Source of the DNA: Desulfosoma sp. | GTDB taxonomy: Bacteria; Desulfobacterota; Syntrophobacteria; Syntrophobacterales; DSM-9756 | DNA length: 64,000 bases | Assembly (NCBI GenBank): GCA_037481835.1 | Contig: JBBFKW010000008.1 | Span: 64,001-128,000, forward strand | Direction: 5' to 3' | Part shown: piece after piece, positions 9,134-20,656 of the stretch | How positions within the stretch are numbered: the stretch's first letter is position 1 | How the letters are laid out: each line of letters starts with the position of its first letter | Notes under the pieces: model-generated | Databases searched by the model: none | The model's input: only the letters and a program-made list of their open reading frames with translations | What the model was told of the DNA's origin: nothing | Program-made: the position numbers and the translations under genes

Positions 9134-10171
9134 ATGGTGCCTGTGTCCATCGCCGGAGCGTCCGGGTATACGGGTTTTGAACTGCTAAGGCTATTGAGCG
9201 GCCATCCGCGGGTGCGTGTCACCACGATCACCTCTCGCGCCAACCAGGGCGAAGCCCTCGCCGACGTCTATCCGGCCCTGCGCGGCCACGGCGATCTGCA
9301 CTTTGAGGATACGGACCCGGACGTCCTCACGCGAAACGCCCGACTCGTCTTTACCGCCCTGCCCCATCATGCGGCCATGGAAATCATCCCATCCCTCTTG
9401 GACCGTGGGGTCAAGGTGGTGGATCTGAGCGCCGATTTTCGATTCCGGGACGCCGCCGTCTACGAGGCCTGGTATGAAAAGCACACGGCGCCCCATCTTC
9501 TGGAAGAAGCCGTCTACGGCCTTCCGGAGCTGTATCGGGATCGGATCGCCGGTGCCCGCCTCGTGGGCAATCCGGGATGCTATCCCACAAGCATCATCCT
9601 GGCCTGCGCCCCGCTCGTAAAAGAAAAGCTCATCGTGCCGGAAACGATCCTGGCCGATTCCAAATCGGGGGTGACGGGAGCCGGCCGAGGCTTGGCGCTT
9701 ACGACCCATTACTGCGAAGTTAACGACGGCTTTCGGGCCTACAAGGTCGCCGAACATCGCCACACGCCCGAAGTGGAACAGGAATTGAGCCTCCTTGCGG
9801 GAAGGCCTGTGCGCATCACCTTTACGCCCCATCTGGTGCCCATGAGCCGCGGGATTTTGAGCACCGTGTATGCCCAGCTGGCACCCGGCGTGGATGCATC
9901 CAAAGTGACGGAGGCCTTCCGCAGCTTTTATGAATCGGCCCGATTCGTCCGCCTGTGCCCTCCTGGGCAATTCCCCACGACCTTGCAGGTGCGCGGCAGC
10001 AATTACTGCGATATCGCCTGGAAGACCGACCCGCGCACGGGCCGGGTGATCGTGGTTTCCGTCATTGATAACCTGACCCGGGGCGCTTCGGGCCAGGCCG
10101 TGTGCAACATGAACCTCATGCTCGGCTTTCCCGAAGACTGCGGGCTGGAAGCCGCACCGTGGCAGCCGTGA
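9134..10171 (+). CDS. argC: N-acetyl-gamma-glutamyl-phosphate reductase
   Basis: [40 protein letters not shown]. Confidence 0.95.
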   Translation: MVPVSIAGASGYTGFELLRLLSGHPRVRVTTITSRANQGEALADVYPALRGHGDLHFEDTDPDVLTRNARLVFTALPHHAAMEIIPSLLDRGVKVVDLSADFRFRDAAVYEAWYEKHTAPHLLEEAVYGLPELYRDRIAGARLVGNPGCYPTSIILACAPLVKEKLIVPETILADSKSGVTGAGRGLALTTHYCEVNDGFRAYKVAEHRHTPEVEQELSLLAGRPVRITFTPHLVPMSRGILSTVYAQLAPGVDASKVTEAFRSFYESARFVRLCPPGQFPTTLQVRGSNYCDIAWKTDPRTGRVIVVSVIDNLTRGASGQAVCNMNLMLGFPEDCGLEAAPWQP

Positions 10172-11031
10172 GCGCTTCACCGGTTGAACCCTCAGCCGCC
10201 TCCCAGGGCCCGGGCGGGCCGTTTCGTGCCTCCCTGGATCCGCAAGCGAAAAGGAATTTCAAGCTCGTCCTGGAATACGACGGGTCCAACTATCACGGCT
10301 GGCAACGCCAAAAAGGGGTGCTCACCCTTCAGGAAGTGGTGGAATCGAAGCTGGGCATCATGCTGGGACGTCCCGTCACGGTGCGGGCTTCAGGGCGGAC
10401 CGATGCGGGAGTCCATGCCCTAGGGCAGGTGATTAATTTTTATGCCAAAACCCGCCTGGGCCCCCTGGATTTTCAAAGGGGTCTGAACGGCCTCCTGCCG
10501 CCGGACATCGTGGTGCGCCACGCGGAGGAAGTGCCCGATTCCTTTCACGCCTCTTATTCGGCGGTGAGCAAGATTTACGAATACCGCATCCTCAACCGCC
10601 CCCTCCCCTCCGCTCTGGAACGGCTCTACGCCTGGCATGTGCCCAAAACCCTGGACCTGGACCGCATCCGGGAATGCCTTCCCGTGCTCCTGGGCGAACA
10701 CGATTTCAGCGCCTTTATGGCCGCCGGATCTTCGGTGACCAACCCCGTGCGCGTCATGATGGAGGCCCAGGCCTGGCGCCCAGATCCGGATCATCTCTAT
10801 TTCCGCTTTCAAGCGACGGGGTTTTTGCGGCATATGGTGCGCAATCTCGTGGGCACTCTGGTCCAGGCGGGTCGCGGCACCATGACCCCTCGGGACCTGG
10901 CCGCCGTTTTGGAAAGTCGGGATCGGTCGCGGGCGGGCATCACGGCGCCGGCCCACGGGTTGTATCTCGTGTGCGTCTTTTACGGGAGGGGAGAACACAA
11001 CCGCGTTCCACACATAGGGGAAGAGACATGA
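10168..11031 (+). CDS. truA: tRNA pseudouridine(38-40) synthase
   Basis: [47 protein letters not shown]. Start uncertain; placed at the GTG overlapping the argC stop. Confidence 0.93.
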   Translation: MSASPVEPSAASQGPGGPFRASLDPQAKRNFKLVLEYDGSNYHGWQRQKGVLTLQEVVESKLGIMLGRPVTVRASGRTDAGVHALGQVINFYAKTRLGPLDFQRGLNGLLPPDIVVRHAEEVPDSFHASYSAVSKIYEYRILNRPLPSALERLYAWHVPKTLDLDRIRECLPVLLGEHDFSAFMAAGSSVTNPVRVMMEAQAWRPDPDHLYFRFQATGFLRHMVRNLVGTLVQAGRGTMTPRDLAAVLESRDRSRAGITAPAHGLYLVCVFYGRGEHNRVPHIGEET

Positions 11032-12227
11032 AACTTTCACAGCGAGTCAGCCAGGTGAAACCTTCGGCAACCCTTGCCATCAATTCCAAGGCCAGGCTTC
11101 TGCGCAGTCAAGGAGTGCGGGTCATCAGTTTCGGGGTCGGGGAACCGGATTTCGACACGCCCCATCATATCGGCCAGATGGCGATGCAGGCCGTTCTCAG
11201 GGGACAGACACGGTACACGCCCGTCCAGGGCATTCCGGAACTGAAGGACGCCGTGATCCAGACCGTGGAGGCGGACTACGGCCTTGCCTACGAGCCCGAC
11301 GAAGTGCTTGTCTCGTGCGGCGGCAAACACTGCCTTTACAACCTGTTTCAGGCGGTCTTGGATCCTGGAGACGCCGTAATCATCCCCAGCCCTTACTGGG
11401 TCTCCTATCCCGACATGGTGCGTCTGGCCGGAGCCGAACCCGTGTTTGTGCCGTGTGCCGAGGCGCGCGGCTTCAAAATGACTCCAGAAGATCTTCGCCG
11501 ATCCATCAGCCCGAGGACCCGGATGCTCATCCTCAACAGCCCGTCCAATCCCACGGGAACCCATTATCGACCGGAGGAACTCCGCGCCCTGGCCGAGGTG
11601 CTCCTGGAGCACGATCACGTGATCATCGTATCCGACGATATTTATTACCGAATCCTCTTCGACGATCTGGCCTGGGCCAATATCGCCATGGTGGAACCCC
11701 GGCTGAAGGAACGCACCTTCATCGTCAACGGTGTCAGTAAGACCTACGCCATGACGGGGTGGCGCATCGGCTATCTTCTGGGACATCGGGATGTGATCAA
11801 GGCCGCGGGAAAAATCCAGAGCCAATCGACGAGCAACCCGTCATCCGTGGCCCAGTGGGCGGCCGTGGCGGCGCTCAAAGGCGAACAAGAAACCTGCCGC
11901 ACGATGGTTGAGGTCTTTGCCGAACGGCGGGCCTATGTCATGGACCGGCTGGCACGGCTGCCCGGGGTGACCTGCCCCGTGCCCGATGGAGCCTTTTATG
12001 TTTTTCCCAACGTGAGCGCCTTCTATGGGGCAAAAGTGGGAGGACGGACCATCGACGGCTCGTCCACCCTGGCGGATTACCTCATGGAAGAAGTGCACCT
12101 GGCAGTGGTTCCCGGGGAAGCCTTCGGGGAAGACCGATGCATTCGGCTGTCTTTCGCCCTGTCCATGGAGGAGCTGCGGGAAGGGTTCGACCGCCTGGAA
12201 AAGGCCCTGCTGCGCCTTCGGGGGTGA
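11028..12227 (+). CDS. aspC: Class I PLP-dependent (aspartate) aminotransferase
   Basis: SFGVGEPDF, PYWVSY, NSPSNPTG, SDDIY, SKTYAMTGWRIG. ATGA overlap with truA. Confidence 0.85.
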   Translation: MKLSQRVSQVKPSATLAINSKARLLRSQGVRVISFGVGEPDFDTPHHIGQMAMQAVLRGQTRYTPVQGIPELKDAVIQTVEADYGLAYEPDEVLVSCGGKHCLYNLFQAVLDPGDAVIIPSPYWVSYPDMVRLAGAEPVFVPCAEARGFKMTPEDLRRSISPRTRMLILNSPSNPTGTHYRPEELRALAEVLLEHDHVIIVSDDIYYRILFDDLAWANIAMVEPRLKERTFIVNGVSKTYAMTGWRIGYLLGHRDVIKAAGKIQSQSTSNPSSVAQWAAVAALKGEQETCRTMVEVFAERRAYVMDRLARLPGVTCPVPDGAFYVFPNVSAFYGAKVGGRTIDGSSTLADYLMEEVHLAVVPGEAFGEDRCIRLSFALSMEELREGFDRLEKALLRLRG

Positions 12228-12244
12228 GTGCGGGGGGGTGCCCC

Positions 12245-12540
12245 CCTCACCCTACCCTCTCCCCCCAAAGGGGGGAGAGGGTTCGAGAAGCTTGCGTATT
12301 GCCAGGCCTCCACTTCCCACTTTATCCCCCAAGGGGGGGGAGGGGGCGTGAAGTTTTCGTATTGCCAGGCCCTTACTTTCCACCCTATCCCCCAAAGGGG
12401 GGAGAGGGGGCGTGAAGCTTGCATACTGCCAGGCCTCCACTTCCCACTTTATCTTAAAAGGGGGGAGAGGGTGCGCGAAGTTTTCGTATTGCCGGGCCCT
12501 TACTTTCCAGCCCATCCCCCAAGGGGGGGGAGAGGGGGCA
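12245..12540. repeat. Tandem array of ~63-64 bp units in ABAB order, with C-run/G-run hairpin ends
   Basis: Units start with gaag at 12287, 12350, 12414 and 12477. Units 1 and 3 share gcttgcRtaYtgccaggcctccacttcccactttatc; units 2 and 4 share gttttcgtattgccRggcccttactttcca. A perfect 12-bp hairpin (12255-12281) precedes them. Confidence 0.9.
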
Positions 12541-12599
12541 TGGTTGCGCCTTCGGTGCATTAAACGAGGCTATCCCCAAACCTCCGGGATGTCGGAAAT

Positions 12600-12630
12600 G
12601 TAGGTTGGGGTGAGCGCAGCGAACCCCAAC
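12600..12630 (+). repeat. GTAG-type REP copy
   Basis: gtaggttggggtgagcgcagcgaaccccaac, identical at 30037-30067 and 56417-56447; inverted copy with one mismatch at 56356-56386. Confidence 0.85.
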
Positions 12631-12671
12631 ACACTCCCCCCAACCTCCTATGGGATCTCTCTCACGGATCC

Positions 12672-14096
12672 CTAAACCACGCCCTTTTCTTTCAGCTGCT
12701 GGAGCCTGCCTTTACCCACGCCGAGGTATTTTTGGTAAATGAACTCGTTGTCCGCGCCCACGGGCCGGCAAATCCACTTGATGCGCCCGGGGGTTCGGCT
12801 CATGGCCTTGAACGACGAATTCTGGATGAGCACTTCTCCGTAGTAGGGGTCTTTGCGCTTGACGAAACTTTCCCGCACGCGCCAGTGCTCCCGGGTGAGC
12901 ACATCCGTGGGCGTTTCCAGACGGCCTGTTACCACAGTGCCCTTCTTGTCGGGACGGCGGCTGTATTCCGTGAGCATCTGCAGGATTTCCTCCGAGGTGT
13001 AGTTTTCCGTAAACTTTTCAATTTCGTGCTGGATCTTGGGCTGGTTTTCCGGCGTGAGCCGTTCCTTGATGGTCGGGAACATTTTCTGCAAATCGGGCCG
13101 ATTCATGATCTCGCACAAGGCCGCCCAATTGGGATCCGTAAAACCGGACATGAAGGTATAGCCGTCCTTGCACTTTACATAGGTGTAAGGGAAGACCGCG
13201 TAGTCATAATTGCCCGCCCGCGGCATTTCGTTTCCGGACATGTGGTAATATTGCATTACGTAATTGGAAATGGCCATGAGGCCTTCCGGAGGGGAACAAT
13301 CCACGAATTGTCCTTGGCCTGTACGGCGCTTGACCAACATGGCCGCCTGGATGCCGAATGCGGCCCAGGCGCCGCCCACGTACCAGCCCATCCAGTTGCC
13401 GTGCTTCAAGGGCCTCTTGTATTCGGGGGGAACTTCCGGGTCCAGATCGGGCTCACCGGTAATGGACATGATCACGCCGCGGGCTTGGGCCACGATGTCG
13501 TAGTCCGGCTGGTTGCTGAATTTTTCAGAATCCTCGCCGAACTGGCCGTAGCTGTGCATGGCACAGTAAATGAGACCCGGGTTGAGGGCCTTGAGTTGTT
13601 CGTAGCCGATGCCCAGCTTGTCCATGTACCCCGGTTTGAAGGCTTCAATGACCACATCGGCCCGGGACGCCAGGGTGCGGAACATGGCTTGGCCTTCCGC
13701 CGTTTCCAGATTGAGCGTGATATGGAATTTGTTTCGCGCCTCGGTCATGTAGGCCAGCCCGGTGTCCTTGATCATGATGCCGTAGGGCGTCATTTTCCGG
13801 GCCAAATCCCCCGCCGGAGGCTCGATGCGGATCACTTCCGCGCCGAATTCCGCAAGGATCGACGACGCGTACAGGGCACCGAAGTTGGCGTAGCTCACAT
13901 CCAGCACCAGCATGTCGTCCAGGGCTTCCGGCTTTCGGAAGCTATCCCTTGGATTGGTTTCCGCGTACGCCCACTTGGCGTACCCTTCGTTGATGGCAAG
14001 ACCGACGATGGTCTTGTCTTCTTTGAGCATGGCGGCCAGAGCGTCATCGTCGAACATATCGTCATAGACCGAAGGTCCCAATTTCTTGTCCGTCAT
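12672..14096 (-). CDS. Family III (CaiB/BaiF) CoA-transferase subunit
   Basis: [52 protein letters not shown]. Confidence 0.9.
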   Translation of the reverse strand: MTDKKLGPSVYDDMFDDDALAAMLKEDKTIVGLAINEGYAKWAYAETNPRDSFRKPEALDDMLVLDVSYANFGALYASSILAEFGAEVIRIEPPAGDLARKMTPYGIMIKDTGLAYMTEARNKFHITLNLETAEGQAMFRTLASRADVVIEAFKPGYMDKLGIGYEQLKALNPGLIYCAMHSYGQFGEDSEKFSNQPDYDIVAQARGVIMSITGEPDLDPEVPPEYKRPLKHGNWMGWYVGGAWAAFGIQAAMLVKRRTGQGQFVDCSPPEGLMAISNYVMQYYHMSGNEMPRAGNYDYAVFPYTYVKCKDGYTFMSGFTDPNWAALCEIMNRPDLQKMFPTIKERLTPENQPKIQHEIEKFTENYTSEEILQMLTEYSRRPDKKGTVVTGRLETPTDVLTREHWRVRESFVKRKDPYYGEVLIQNSSFKAMSRTPGRIKWICRPVGADNEFIYQKYLGVGKGRLQQLKEKGVV

Positions 14097-14135
14097 TCTC
14101 GTCCTCCCGAACCGAAAAGGTGATCGTCTGGTGTC

Positions 14136-15470
14136 TTAGGCCAGTTTCAACCCGCTCTTGCCGTCCCAGTCAGGCGGCGGGCAATGGGACGGCACGGCCG
14201 GGTTCCATTGGAAGATGACCTTTTCCGCTTTCAGCCGTTCCACTTCGTCGTGCGGCAGACCCAGGAGCTTGGTGAGCACGTATTCGTTGTCGAACCCCAG
14301 AGGCCGGCATCCCCACAAGAGTCGGCTCGGCGTTTCGCTCATGCGCGGCGGGTACACCTGCTGGACCATGGGACCGTACAGGGCGTCTTCGTATTCCTGC
14401 ACGGCGCCCCTTTGACGGAAATGGGGCCGATGATAGGCGTCCTTGGCCGTGATGACCCGCGAGGCGGCAAACCCGTACTGATTGCCCAACGCTTCCACCT
14501 CTTCCACTTTCTTCGTGCGCGTCCAGGCATCGATGATCTTCAAGAGTTCCCGGGCGTTTTCGTCCTTGAGCCTTTCCAGGGGGTCGGCGAACCGTTGGGC
14601 CAGTTCCGGTTTTCCCATGGCTTGGCACAAGCCTTGGAAAGACGCGTCATCGAAGGCGGCCAGAGCGATCCAGCCGTCCGAACAATCGAAAAGATCGGAC
14701 GGGCACACCGCCAGGTCTCGGTTTCCGGACCGGGGCCGGTCTTTCCCCGTAAGGTACGTGTATAGCCACGTCCAATCCAAGAAGCGGATGACGTTTTCCA
14801 CCTGCATGTAATCGATGAATTGGCCTTCCCCGGTGCGCTCACGGTAATTGAGAGCGGCCATGATGGCCACGGCGCACATCAAGGCCGTGATCCAGTCGGC
14901 AATCCACACTCCCGACTTGATGGGCCCTCGGCCTTCAAAGCCGGTGATGGGAGAAAGGGCGCCCATGCTCTGGGCCACGGCGTCATAGCTCGTGCGGCCG
15001 GTCCACGGCCCCCAGCTCCCATAGCCCGACACATGAAGCTGAATGATCCGGGGGTTCACTTCCCGGAGTTCCTTGTAGCTCAAGCCCCATTCCGCCATGC
15101 GGCCGGGAGTCAAATTGTCTGCTACCACATCGGCCTTCTTGACCAGTTCCAGGAACAATTCCTTCGCTTTGGGATGGCCCAAGTGCATTCCCACCCAGTA
15201 CTTATTGTGGTTTTCAATCTCCAGACCCGGCGACATGTTCTTCCAGAAGAAGGCGTAGGGGGTCACAAAACGCATCTGGTCGCCCTTTTGCCCCTCGAAC
15301 TTGATGACCTCGGCGCCGAATTCCGCCAGGTAGTCACAACACGCCGGGCCCAAAACCACGTAACAGACCTCCAGGACCCGAACCCCCTCCAGGGGCATGC
15401 GCTTTCCAAAAAGGTTTTCCACGTTGAACAATTCCTTCATGCGCTGCTGGTACGATTTGCCTTGGTCCAT
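14136..15470 (-). CDS. Family III (CaiB/BaiF) CoA-transferase subunit
   Basis: [44 protein letters not shown] (expected catalytic Asp). Confidence 0.9.
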   Translation of the reverse strand: MDQGKSYQQRMKELFNVENLFGKRMPLEGVRVLEVCYVVLGPACCDYLAEFGAEVIKFEGQKGDQMRFVTPYAFFWKNMSPGLEIENHNKYWVGMHLGHPKAKELFLELVKKADVVADNLTPGRMAEWGLSYKELREVNPRIIQLHVSGYGSWGPWTGRTSYDAVAQSMGALSPITGFEGRGPIKSGVWIADWITALMCAVAIMAALNYRERTGEGQFIDYMQVENVIRFLDWTWLYTYLTGKDRPRSGNRDLAVCPSDLFDCSDGWIALAAFDDASFQGLCQAMGKPELAQRFADPLERLKDENARELLKIIDAWTRTKKVEEVEALGNQYGFAASRVITAKDAYHRPHFRQRGAVQEYEDALYGPMVQQVYPPRMSETPSRLLWGCRPLGFDNEYVLTKLLGLPHDEVERLKAEKVIFQWNPAVPSHCPPPDWDGKSGLKLA

Positions 15471-15903
15471 TCAGATACCTCCTCTGGGTTGGCGAATCGT
15501 TCTTCGGGTCCGAACACTTCGGACCGGCCTCGGGTGGGATAAACAGAGATGACGGCTTCACGGACCGATCGGAACAAAGCACGGGGAAAGAACCCTGGGT
15601 GCGCTGAAGAGGTCGAGGAGGCCTGAAGGGGGAAAGGTGTCGCTGGATCCTGTGACGTCGCAGAAGATGAGCAAGATTCGCCGTCGCGCGCGTCCGAACG
15701 GTCTTTTTGTGAACCGAGTTTGCTTCTAGCAAAATCCTTCAGGTCGGGTCAAGGAAGATTTAGGGAAGATGCGGGATTTTGGGTTGACAGACAAGGGAGA
15801 GTCAAGTAGAGAGCAAGGGGCGTGTTTCAGTGAATAATCTTGAGATGTTGGACCTTGTTCGGGCATTTGGGGATCGTTAAAGACGCAGGCAAAGGAGGGT
15901 ACT

Positions 15904-17034
15904 ATGGGACGCAGAAGGTGGACGGTTCTTTTGGCTGGTTTGTGCTGTGCGGCCTTCGCTTTGGCGGGACCCGCAGCCGCCGAGGACACCATCAAGATCG
16001 GGGCCTATCTGCCCATGACCGGAGCGGTGGCGGCCTACGGCCAGATGGAATGGGACGGCATCCAGATCGCCAATGAGATCAAGCCCACGGTGTTGGGCAA
16101 AAAGATCGAGCTGGTCCTTGTGGACACCAAGAGCGACAAGATCGAGGCGGCCAACGCCGTGAGTCGCCTGGTGGAAAAGGAAAAGGTGGCGGGAATCATC
16201 GGGGAAGCCATCAGCGGCAACTCCATGGCCGGCAATCCCATTTCGGAAGCCGCCAAGATCGTCTCGGTCAGTCCCACAGCGACCAACCCGCTGGTGACGC
16301 AGGGCAAGCAGTACGCCTTCCGCGCCTGCTTCATCGACCCGTTCCAGGGGGAAGTGGCGGCCCGCTTTGCGGTCAATGAACTCAAGGCCAAAACCGCCGC
16401 CGTCATCATCGACATCGCTCAGGACTACTGCGTGGGGCTCGCCAATTTCTTCGTCAAGGAATTCGTGAAACTCGGCGGCAAGGTCGTCTCCACCACCTAC
16501 ATCCAGACCGGCGACCAGGACTTTTCGGCCCAGCTTTCCTCCGTGCAGGCCGCCAAGCCCGACATCATTTATGCGCCCAACTACTACACGGAAGACGCTC
16601 TGATGGCCAAACAAGCCCGGGATCTGGGCATCAACGCGCCCATCCTCACGGGTGACGGCGCCCAGGCCGAAGAACTCATCAAGATCGGCGGCAAGGCGGT
16701 GGAAGGCATGTACTTTACCGGTCATTTTCACAAAGAAGCCGCATCCACCGATCTGGCAAAGGAATACATCAAGCGGTTTGAAGACAAGAAAAAGAAGGAA
16801 GCCGACGCCTTCGGGGCTCTTGCGGCCGACGCTTACTTCCTGCTCATCGAAGCCATCGAAAAGGCCGGATCCACAGACGGCACCAAGGTCCGCGAAGCCA
16901 TGGTGGCCATCAAGAACTTCCCCGGCGTTTCGGGCATGATCACCATGCAGGATAACGGCAACCCGGTAAAGAGCATGGTCATCAACAAGGTCAAGGACGG
17001 CAAGTTCGTCTATGTGACGACCGTGAACCCGTAA
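15904..17034 (+). CDS. livK: Branched-chain amino acid ABC transporter substrate-binding protein
   Basis: Signal peptide, IKIGAYLPMTG, SPTATNP, FRACFIDPFQG, DQDFSAQL. Confidence 0.9.
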   Translation: MGRRRWTVLLAGLCCAAFALAGPAAAEDTIKIGAYLPMTGAVAAYGQMEWDGIQIANEIKPTVLGKKIELVLVDTKSDKIEAANAVSRLVEKEKVAGIIGEAISGNSMAGNPISEAAKIVSVSPTATNPLVTQGKQYAFRACFIDPFQGEVAARFAVNELKAKTAAVIIDIAQDYCVGLANFFVKEFVKLGGKVVSTTYIQTGDQDFSAQLSSVQAAKPDIIYAPNYYTEDALMAKQARDLGINAPILTGDGAQAEELIKIGGKAVEGMYFTGHFHKEAASTDLAKEYIKRFEDKKKKEADAFGALAADAYFLLIEAIEKAGSTDGTKVREAMVAIKNFPGVSGMITMQDNGNPVKSMVINKVKDGKFVYVTTVNP

Positions 17035-17220
17035 GGCTTCGGGACGGCCCATCCTCTTCACCCAGACGGAGGGACGAGGACCGGGCCGAGCGGAGGCGCC
17101 CGCGAGGCGCCATGCCCCGGGGCTTACTTGGAAACCCCTAAGCCATGGAGGAGCAGGGCCGAAGTCATACGCCCTGCTCTTTTTTGCGTCACGCCTCTTG
17201 GAATCGCTAAAGGACACATC

Positions 17221-18114
17221 GTGACGGCAACCAACTTCATGCAACAAATCATCAACGGGATCTCCCTGGGGAGTCTTTACGCCCTGGTGGCCATCGGCTA
17301 CACGATGGTCTACGGGATTCTTCGGCTGATCAATTTCGCCCACGGGGATCTCCTCATGGTGGCGGCCTATGCGGCCATCTACGCCGTGTCCCTCTTAAGC
17401 CTTCCCTGGCAGATCAGTTTTCCGCTGGTCATGGTCCTGACGGGCCTTTTCGGTATCCTTCTCGACCGCGTGGCTTACAAACCTCTGCGGGACGCCCCCC
17501 GCATCTCCTTGCTCATTTCGGCCATCGGCGCCTCATTCCTTCTGGAAAACCTGGCCATTGTCCTGATCGGCGGGGTTCCCAAGGGCTTCCCGCGTCCGGA
17601 GGCCTTCGCCAGGGTCATCGACCTTTGGGGCCTGCGCATCCAGGTGCTCACCGTCTACACCCCCGTCCTCACCCTGGTCCTCCTCATGGGCTTGCTCTAC
17701 ATTGTCCATCGCACCAAGGTGGGAAAGGCCATGAGGGCAGCCTCCAAGGATTTCGAAACGACCCGACTCATGGGCATCAATCTGGACCGGATCATTGCCG
17801 TGACGTTCTTTCTCGGATCGAGTCTCGCGGCGGCGGGCGGCATCATGTGGGCCATGAAGTACCCTCAGGTCAACCCGTTCATGGGGGTCATCCCAGGCCT
17901 GAAAGCCTTCATCGCCGCGGTCCTGGGCGGGATCGGCAACATTGTGGGCGCCGTGGTGGGCGGATTCGTCCTGGGCCTCGGGGAAATCCTCATCGTCGCC
18001 TTGTTTCCCCAAATGGCCCAGTATCGGGACGCCTTCGCCTTTACCGTGCTGATCCTGGTGCTTCTCTTCCGCCCCACGGGCATCATGGGCGAACCCATTA
18101 CGGATAAGACGTGA
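17221..18114 (+). CDS. livH: Branched-chain amino acid ABC transporter permease
   Basis: GSLYALVAIGYTMVYGILRLINFAHGD, KAFIAAVLGGIG. Confidence 0.92.
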   Translation: MTATNFMQQIINGISLGSLYALVAIGYTMVYGILRLINFAHGDLLMVAAYAAIYAVSLLSLPWQISFPLVMVLTGLFGILLDRVAYKPLRDAPRISLLISAIGASFLLENLAIVLIGGVPKGFPRPEAFARVIDLWGLRIQVLTVYTPVLTLVLLMGLLYIVHRTKVGKAMRAASKDFETTRLMGINLDRIIAVTFFLGSSLAAAGGIMWAMKYPQVNPFMGVIPGLKAFIAAVLGGIGNIVGAVVGGFVLGLGEILIVALFPQMAQYRDAFAFTVLILVLLFRPTGIMGEPITDKT

Positions 18115-18134
18115 GTCCCTCGAAGGATTCCATC

Positions 18135-19178
18135 ATGGAAACGTCCATACGAAACACCCTGTGCAATATTGCGCTCTTGGCCGTCTTGGCCGTGGTGCTC
18201 TATGTCTTCGAAAAGCACGGCACCGAATACCAGATCCGCATTCTCAACAACATGGCCATCTTCATCACGCTGGCGGTGAGCTACAACCTGGTGAACGGCT
18301 TCTGCGGCATCCTCCACCTGGGCCCCAACGCCTTCATTACCATCGGAGCCTACACGTCGGCACTGCTCACCATGAGCCCCGCGGAAAAGCAGTTGAGCTT
18401 CATCATCGAGCCGCTCATCTGGCCTTTGAGCGTCATCCAGGTGCCGTTTGCCGTCTCCTTGATCGCTGCAGGGGTTACGGCCACCGTTTTCGCCTTCCTG
18501 ATCAGTTTCCCCGTGTTCCGTGTGCGGGGCGACTATCTCGCCATCGTCACCCTGGGCTTCGGCGAAGTGATCCGCGTGCTCTGCAACGCCATGCAAAGCC
18601 TGACCAACGGCCCCCTGGGCCTGAAGGGCCTTACGCCGTACACCACCCTGTGGTGGTCGTGGGGGGTGGCCGTTTTCACCGTCGTGGTCATCACCAAGCT
18701 CGTCAACAGCAGCTACGGTCGGGCCATGAAGGCCATTCGCGAAGACGAAACGGCAGCCAAGGCCATGGGCGTGGATCCCTATCGGCATCTCCTGCTGGCC
18801 TTTCTTATCAGCGCTTTCTTTTCCGGTGTCGCCGGAGGACTCCTGGCTCACCTCATCACGACCATTTCCCCGACCCTGTTCACGTTCTTCTTGACCTTCA
18901 ATCTCCTCATCATCATCGTCGTCGGCGGTTTGGGCAGCACAAGCGGGGCCGTCATCGCGGCGGCGCTTTTCGCCTGGGGCGGGGAGGCCTTGCGGGTGGT
19001 GGAAAGCCCCATGAACCTGGGCTTCGTCACCCTTCCCGGCATCCCGGGAATGCGCATGGTCCTTTTCAGCATCATCCTCATGGTGGTCATCCTCTTTGCC
19101 CGGCGCGGCATCATGGGGCGAAGCGAACTGTCCTGGAACCGAGTGTTCGCCGCGCTCCGCCTTCAGACCAAGGCATAG
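18135..19178 (+). CDS. livM: Branched-chain amino acid ABC transporter permease
   Basis: RVRGDYLAIVTLGFGE, GRAMKAIREDE, VVGGLGS. Confidence 0.92.
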   Translation: METSIRNTLCNIALLAVLAVVLYVFEKHGTEYQIRILNNMAIFITLAVSYNLVNGFCGILHLGPNAFITIGAYTSALLTMSPAEKQLSFIIEPLIWPLSVIQVPFAVSLIAAGVTATVFAFLISFPVFRVRGDYLAIVTLGFGEVIRVLCNAMQSLTNGPLGLKGLTPYTTLWWSWGVAVFTVVVITKLVNSSYGRAMKAIREDETAAKAMGVDPYRHLLLAFLISAFFSGVAGGLLAHLITTISPTLFTFFLTFNLLIIIVVGGLGSTSGAVIAAALFAWGGEALRVVESPMNLGFVTLPGIPGMRMVLFSIILMVVILFARRGIMGRSELSWNRVFAALRLQTKA

Positions 19179-19188
19179 GGTAGTGGGC

Positions 19189-19962
19189 ATGAACGATTTC
19201 TTCCGACTTGACAACCTGGTCATGCAGTTCGGAGGCCTCACGGCCGTCAAGGATTTTTCCATCACCATCGACCCCGGGGAATTGGTGGGACTCATCGGCC
19301 CCAATGGAGCGGGCAAGACGACGGTGTTCAACATGATCACGGGCTTCCTGACCCCCACATCCGGCAAGGTCCTGTGGCAGGGACAGGATATCACCGGCCG
19401 GCCCCCCCACGCCGTCACCGCTCAAGGGATCGCCCGAACATTTCAGAACATCCGCCTCTTTTCGGACATGACCGTTTTGGAAAACGTCATGGTCTCCTTC
19501 CATCATACGATCCGTTCCCGGTTTTGGAAGGCCATGCTGGGGCTGCCATCCCACAAGAGGGAAGAGCGGCGGATCGAAAAAGAAGCGCGCGGCTTTTTGG
19601 AAGAACTCCACTTGGGACACCTTGCCGACGAAAAGGCCGGCTCCCTGCCCTACGGTCAGCAACGCCGCTTGGAAATCGCTCGGGCCCTGGCCGCCCGGCC
19701 GAAACTGCTCTTGCTGGACGAACCGGCCGCAGGCATGAACCCCCAGGAGACCATGGAGCTGGCCAAGCTCGTTCGGGAAATTCGAGATCGGCACCGGCTG
19801 ACCATTTTTCTCATCGAGCACGACATGAAATTCGTCATGGGCCTTTGCGAACGGATAAAGGTCCTGGATTATGGGATCACCATCGCCGAAGGCACGCCTG
19901 GGGAAATCCAGCGCCATCCCGACGTCATCAAGGCTTACCTGGGAGAGCCCAAGCATGCTTGA
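19189..19962 (+). CDS. livG: Branched-chain amino acid ABC transporter ATPase
   Basis: GPNGAGKTT, RTFQNIRLF, LPYGQQRRLEIARAL, LLLDEPAAG. Confidence 0.93.
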   Translation: MNDFFRLDNLVMQFGGLTAVKDFSITIDPGELVGLIGPNGAGKTTVFNMITGFLTPTSGKVLWQGQDITGRPPHAVTAQGIARTFQNIRLFSDMTVLENVMVSFHHTIRSRFWKAMLGLPSHKREERRIEKEARGFLEELHLGHLADEKAGSLPYGQQRRLEIARALAARPKLLLLDEPAAGMNPQETMELAKLVREIRDRHRLTIFLIEHDMKFVMGLCERIKVLDYGITIAEGTPGEIQRHPDVIKAYLGEPKHA

Positions 19963-20656
19963 AGTCAAGGATTTGCATGTCTACTACGGCGGCATTCACG
20001 CGCTCAAGGGCATCCACCTCACGGTGCCCCAAGGCCGCATCGTGACCCTCATCGGCGCCAACGGGGCCGGCAAGACCACGACGCTTCGGGCCATCTCCGG
20101 CCTTGTTCGGCCGAAGCAAGGCAGCATCACGTTTCTCGATCACGATCTCACGAAACTTCCCACCTACAAGATCATCCGCCTGGGGATCGGCGTGGCGCCC
20201 GAAGGCCGCCGCGTGTTTCCCAACCTGAGTGTCCTGGAAAACCTGGAATTGGGGGCCTACAACAGACCCGTCGGGGATTTTCAGAAAGACTTGGAGTGGA
20301 TCTACTCCCTTTTCCCGCGCCTCAAGGAACGGAGCAAACAGCTGGCAGGGACGCTGAGCGGCGGGGAACAGCAGATGCTGGCTTTGGGCCGTGCGCTCAT
20401 GAGCCGACCGAGCCTCGTCCTGCTGGACGAACCCAGCCTGGGTTTGGCTCCTTTGGTCGTGGAAGAAGTCTTCCAGACCATCCAGACCATCAACGCCCAA
20501 GGGGCGACCATTTTGCTCGTGGAACAAAACGCCATGGCGGCCCTCCATGTGGCCCACTATGCCTACGTGCTGGAAACCGGGCGCATCACCCTGGAAGGGA
20601 CCGGCGCGGAACTGCTTCAAGACGAACGCGTGCGCAAAGCCTACCTCGGCGAATAA
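19955..20656 (+). CDS. livF: Branched-chain amino acid ABC transporter ATPase
   Basis: GANGAGKTT, PEGRRVF, LSGGEQQML, DEPSLGLAP. Confidence 0.93.
   Translation: MLEVKDLHVYYGGIHALKGIHLTVPQGRIVTLIGANGAGKTTTLRAISGLVRPKQGSITFLDHDLTKLPTYKIIRLGIGVAPEGRRVFPNLSVLENLELGAYNRPVGDFQKDLEWIYSLFPRLKERSKQLAGTLSGGEQQMLALGRALMSRPSLVLLDEPSLGLAPLVVEEVFQTIQTINAQGATILLVEQNAMAALHVAHYAYVLETGRITLEGTGAELLQDERVRKAYLGE

Noticed and set aside
12245..12540. Possible CRISPR array
   Set aside because: Units are similar along their whole length with no unique spacers, and no cas genes are present.
12077..12603. Repetitive ORFs across the tandem array
   Set aside because: They are translations of the DNA repeat in several frames on both strands, with no convincing RBS.
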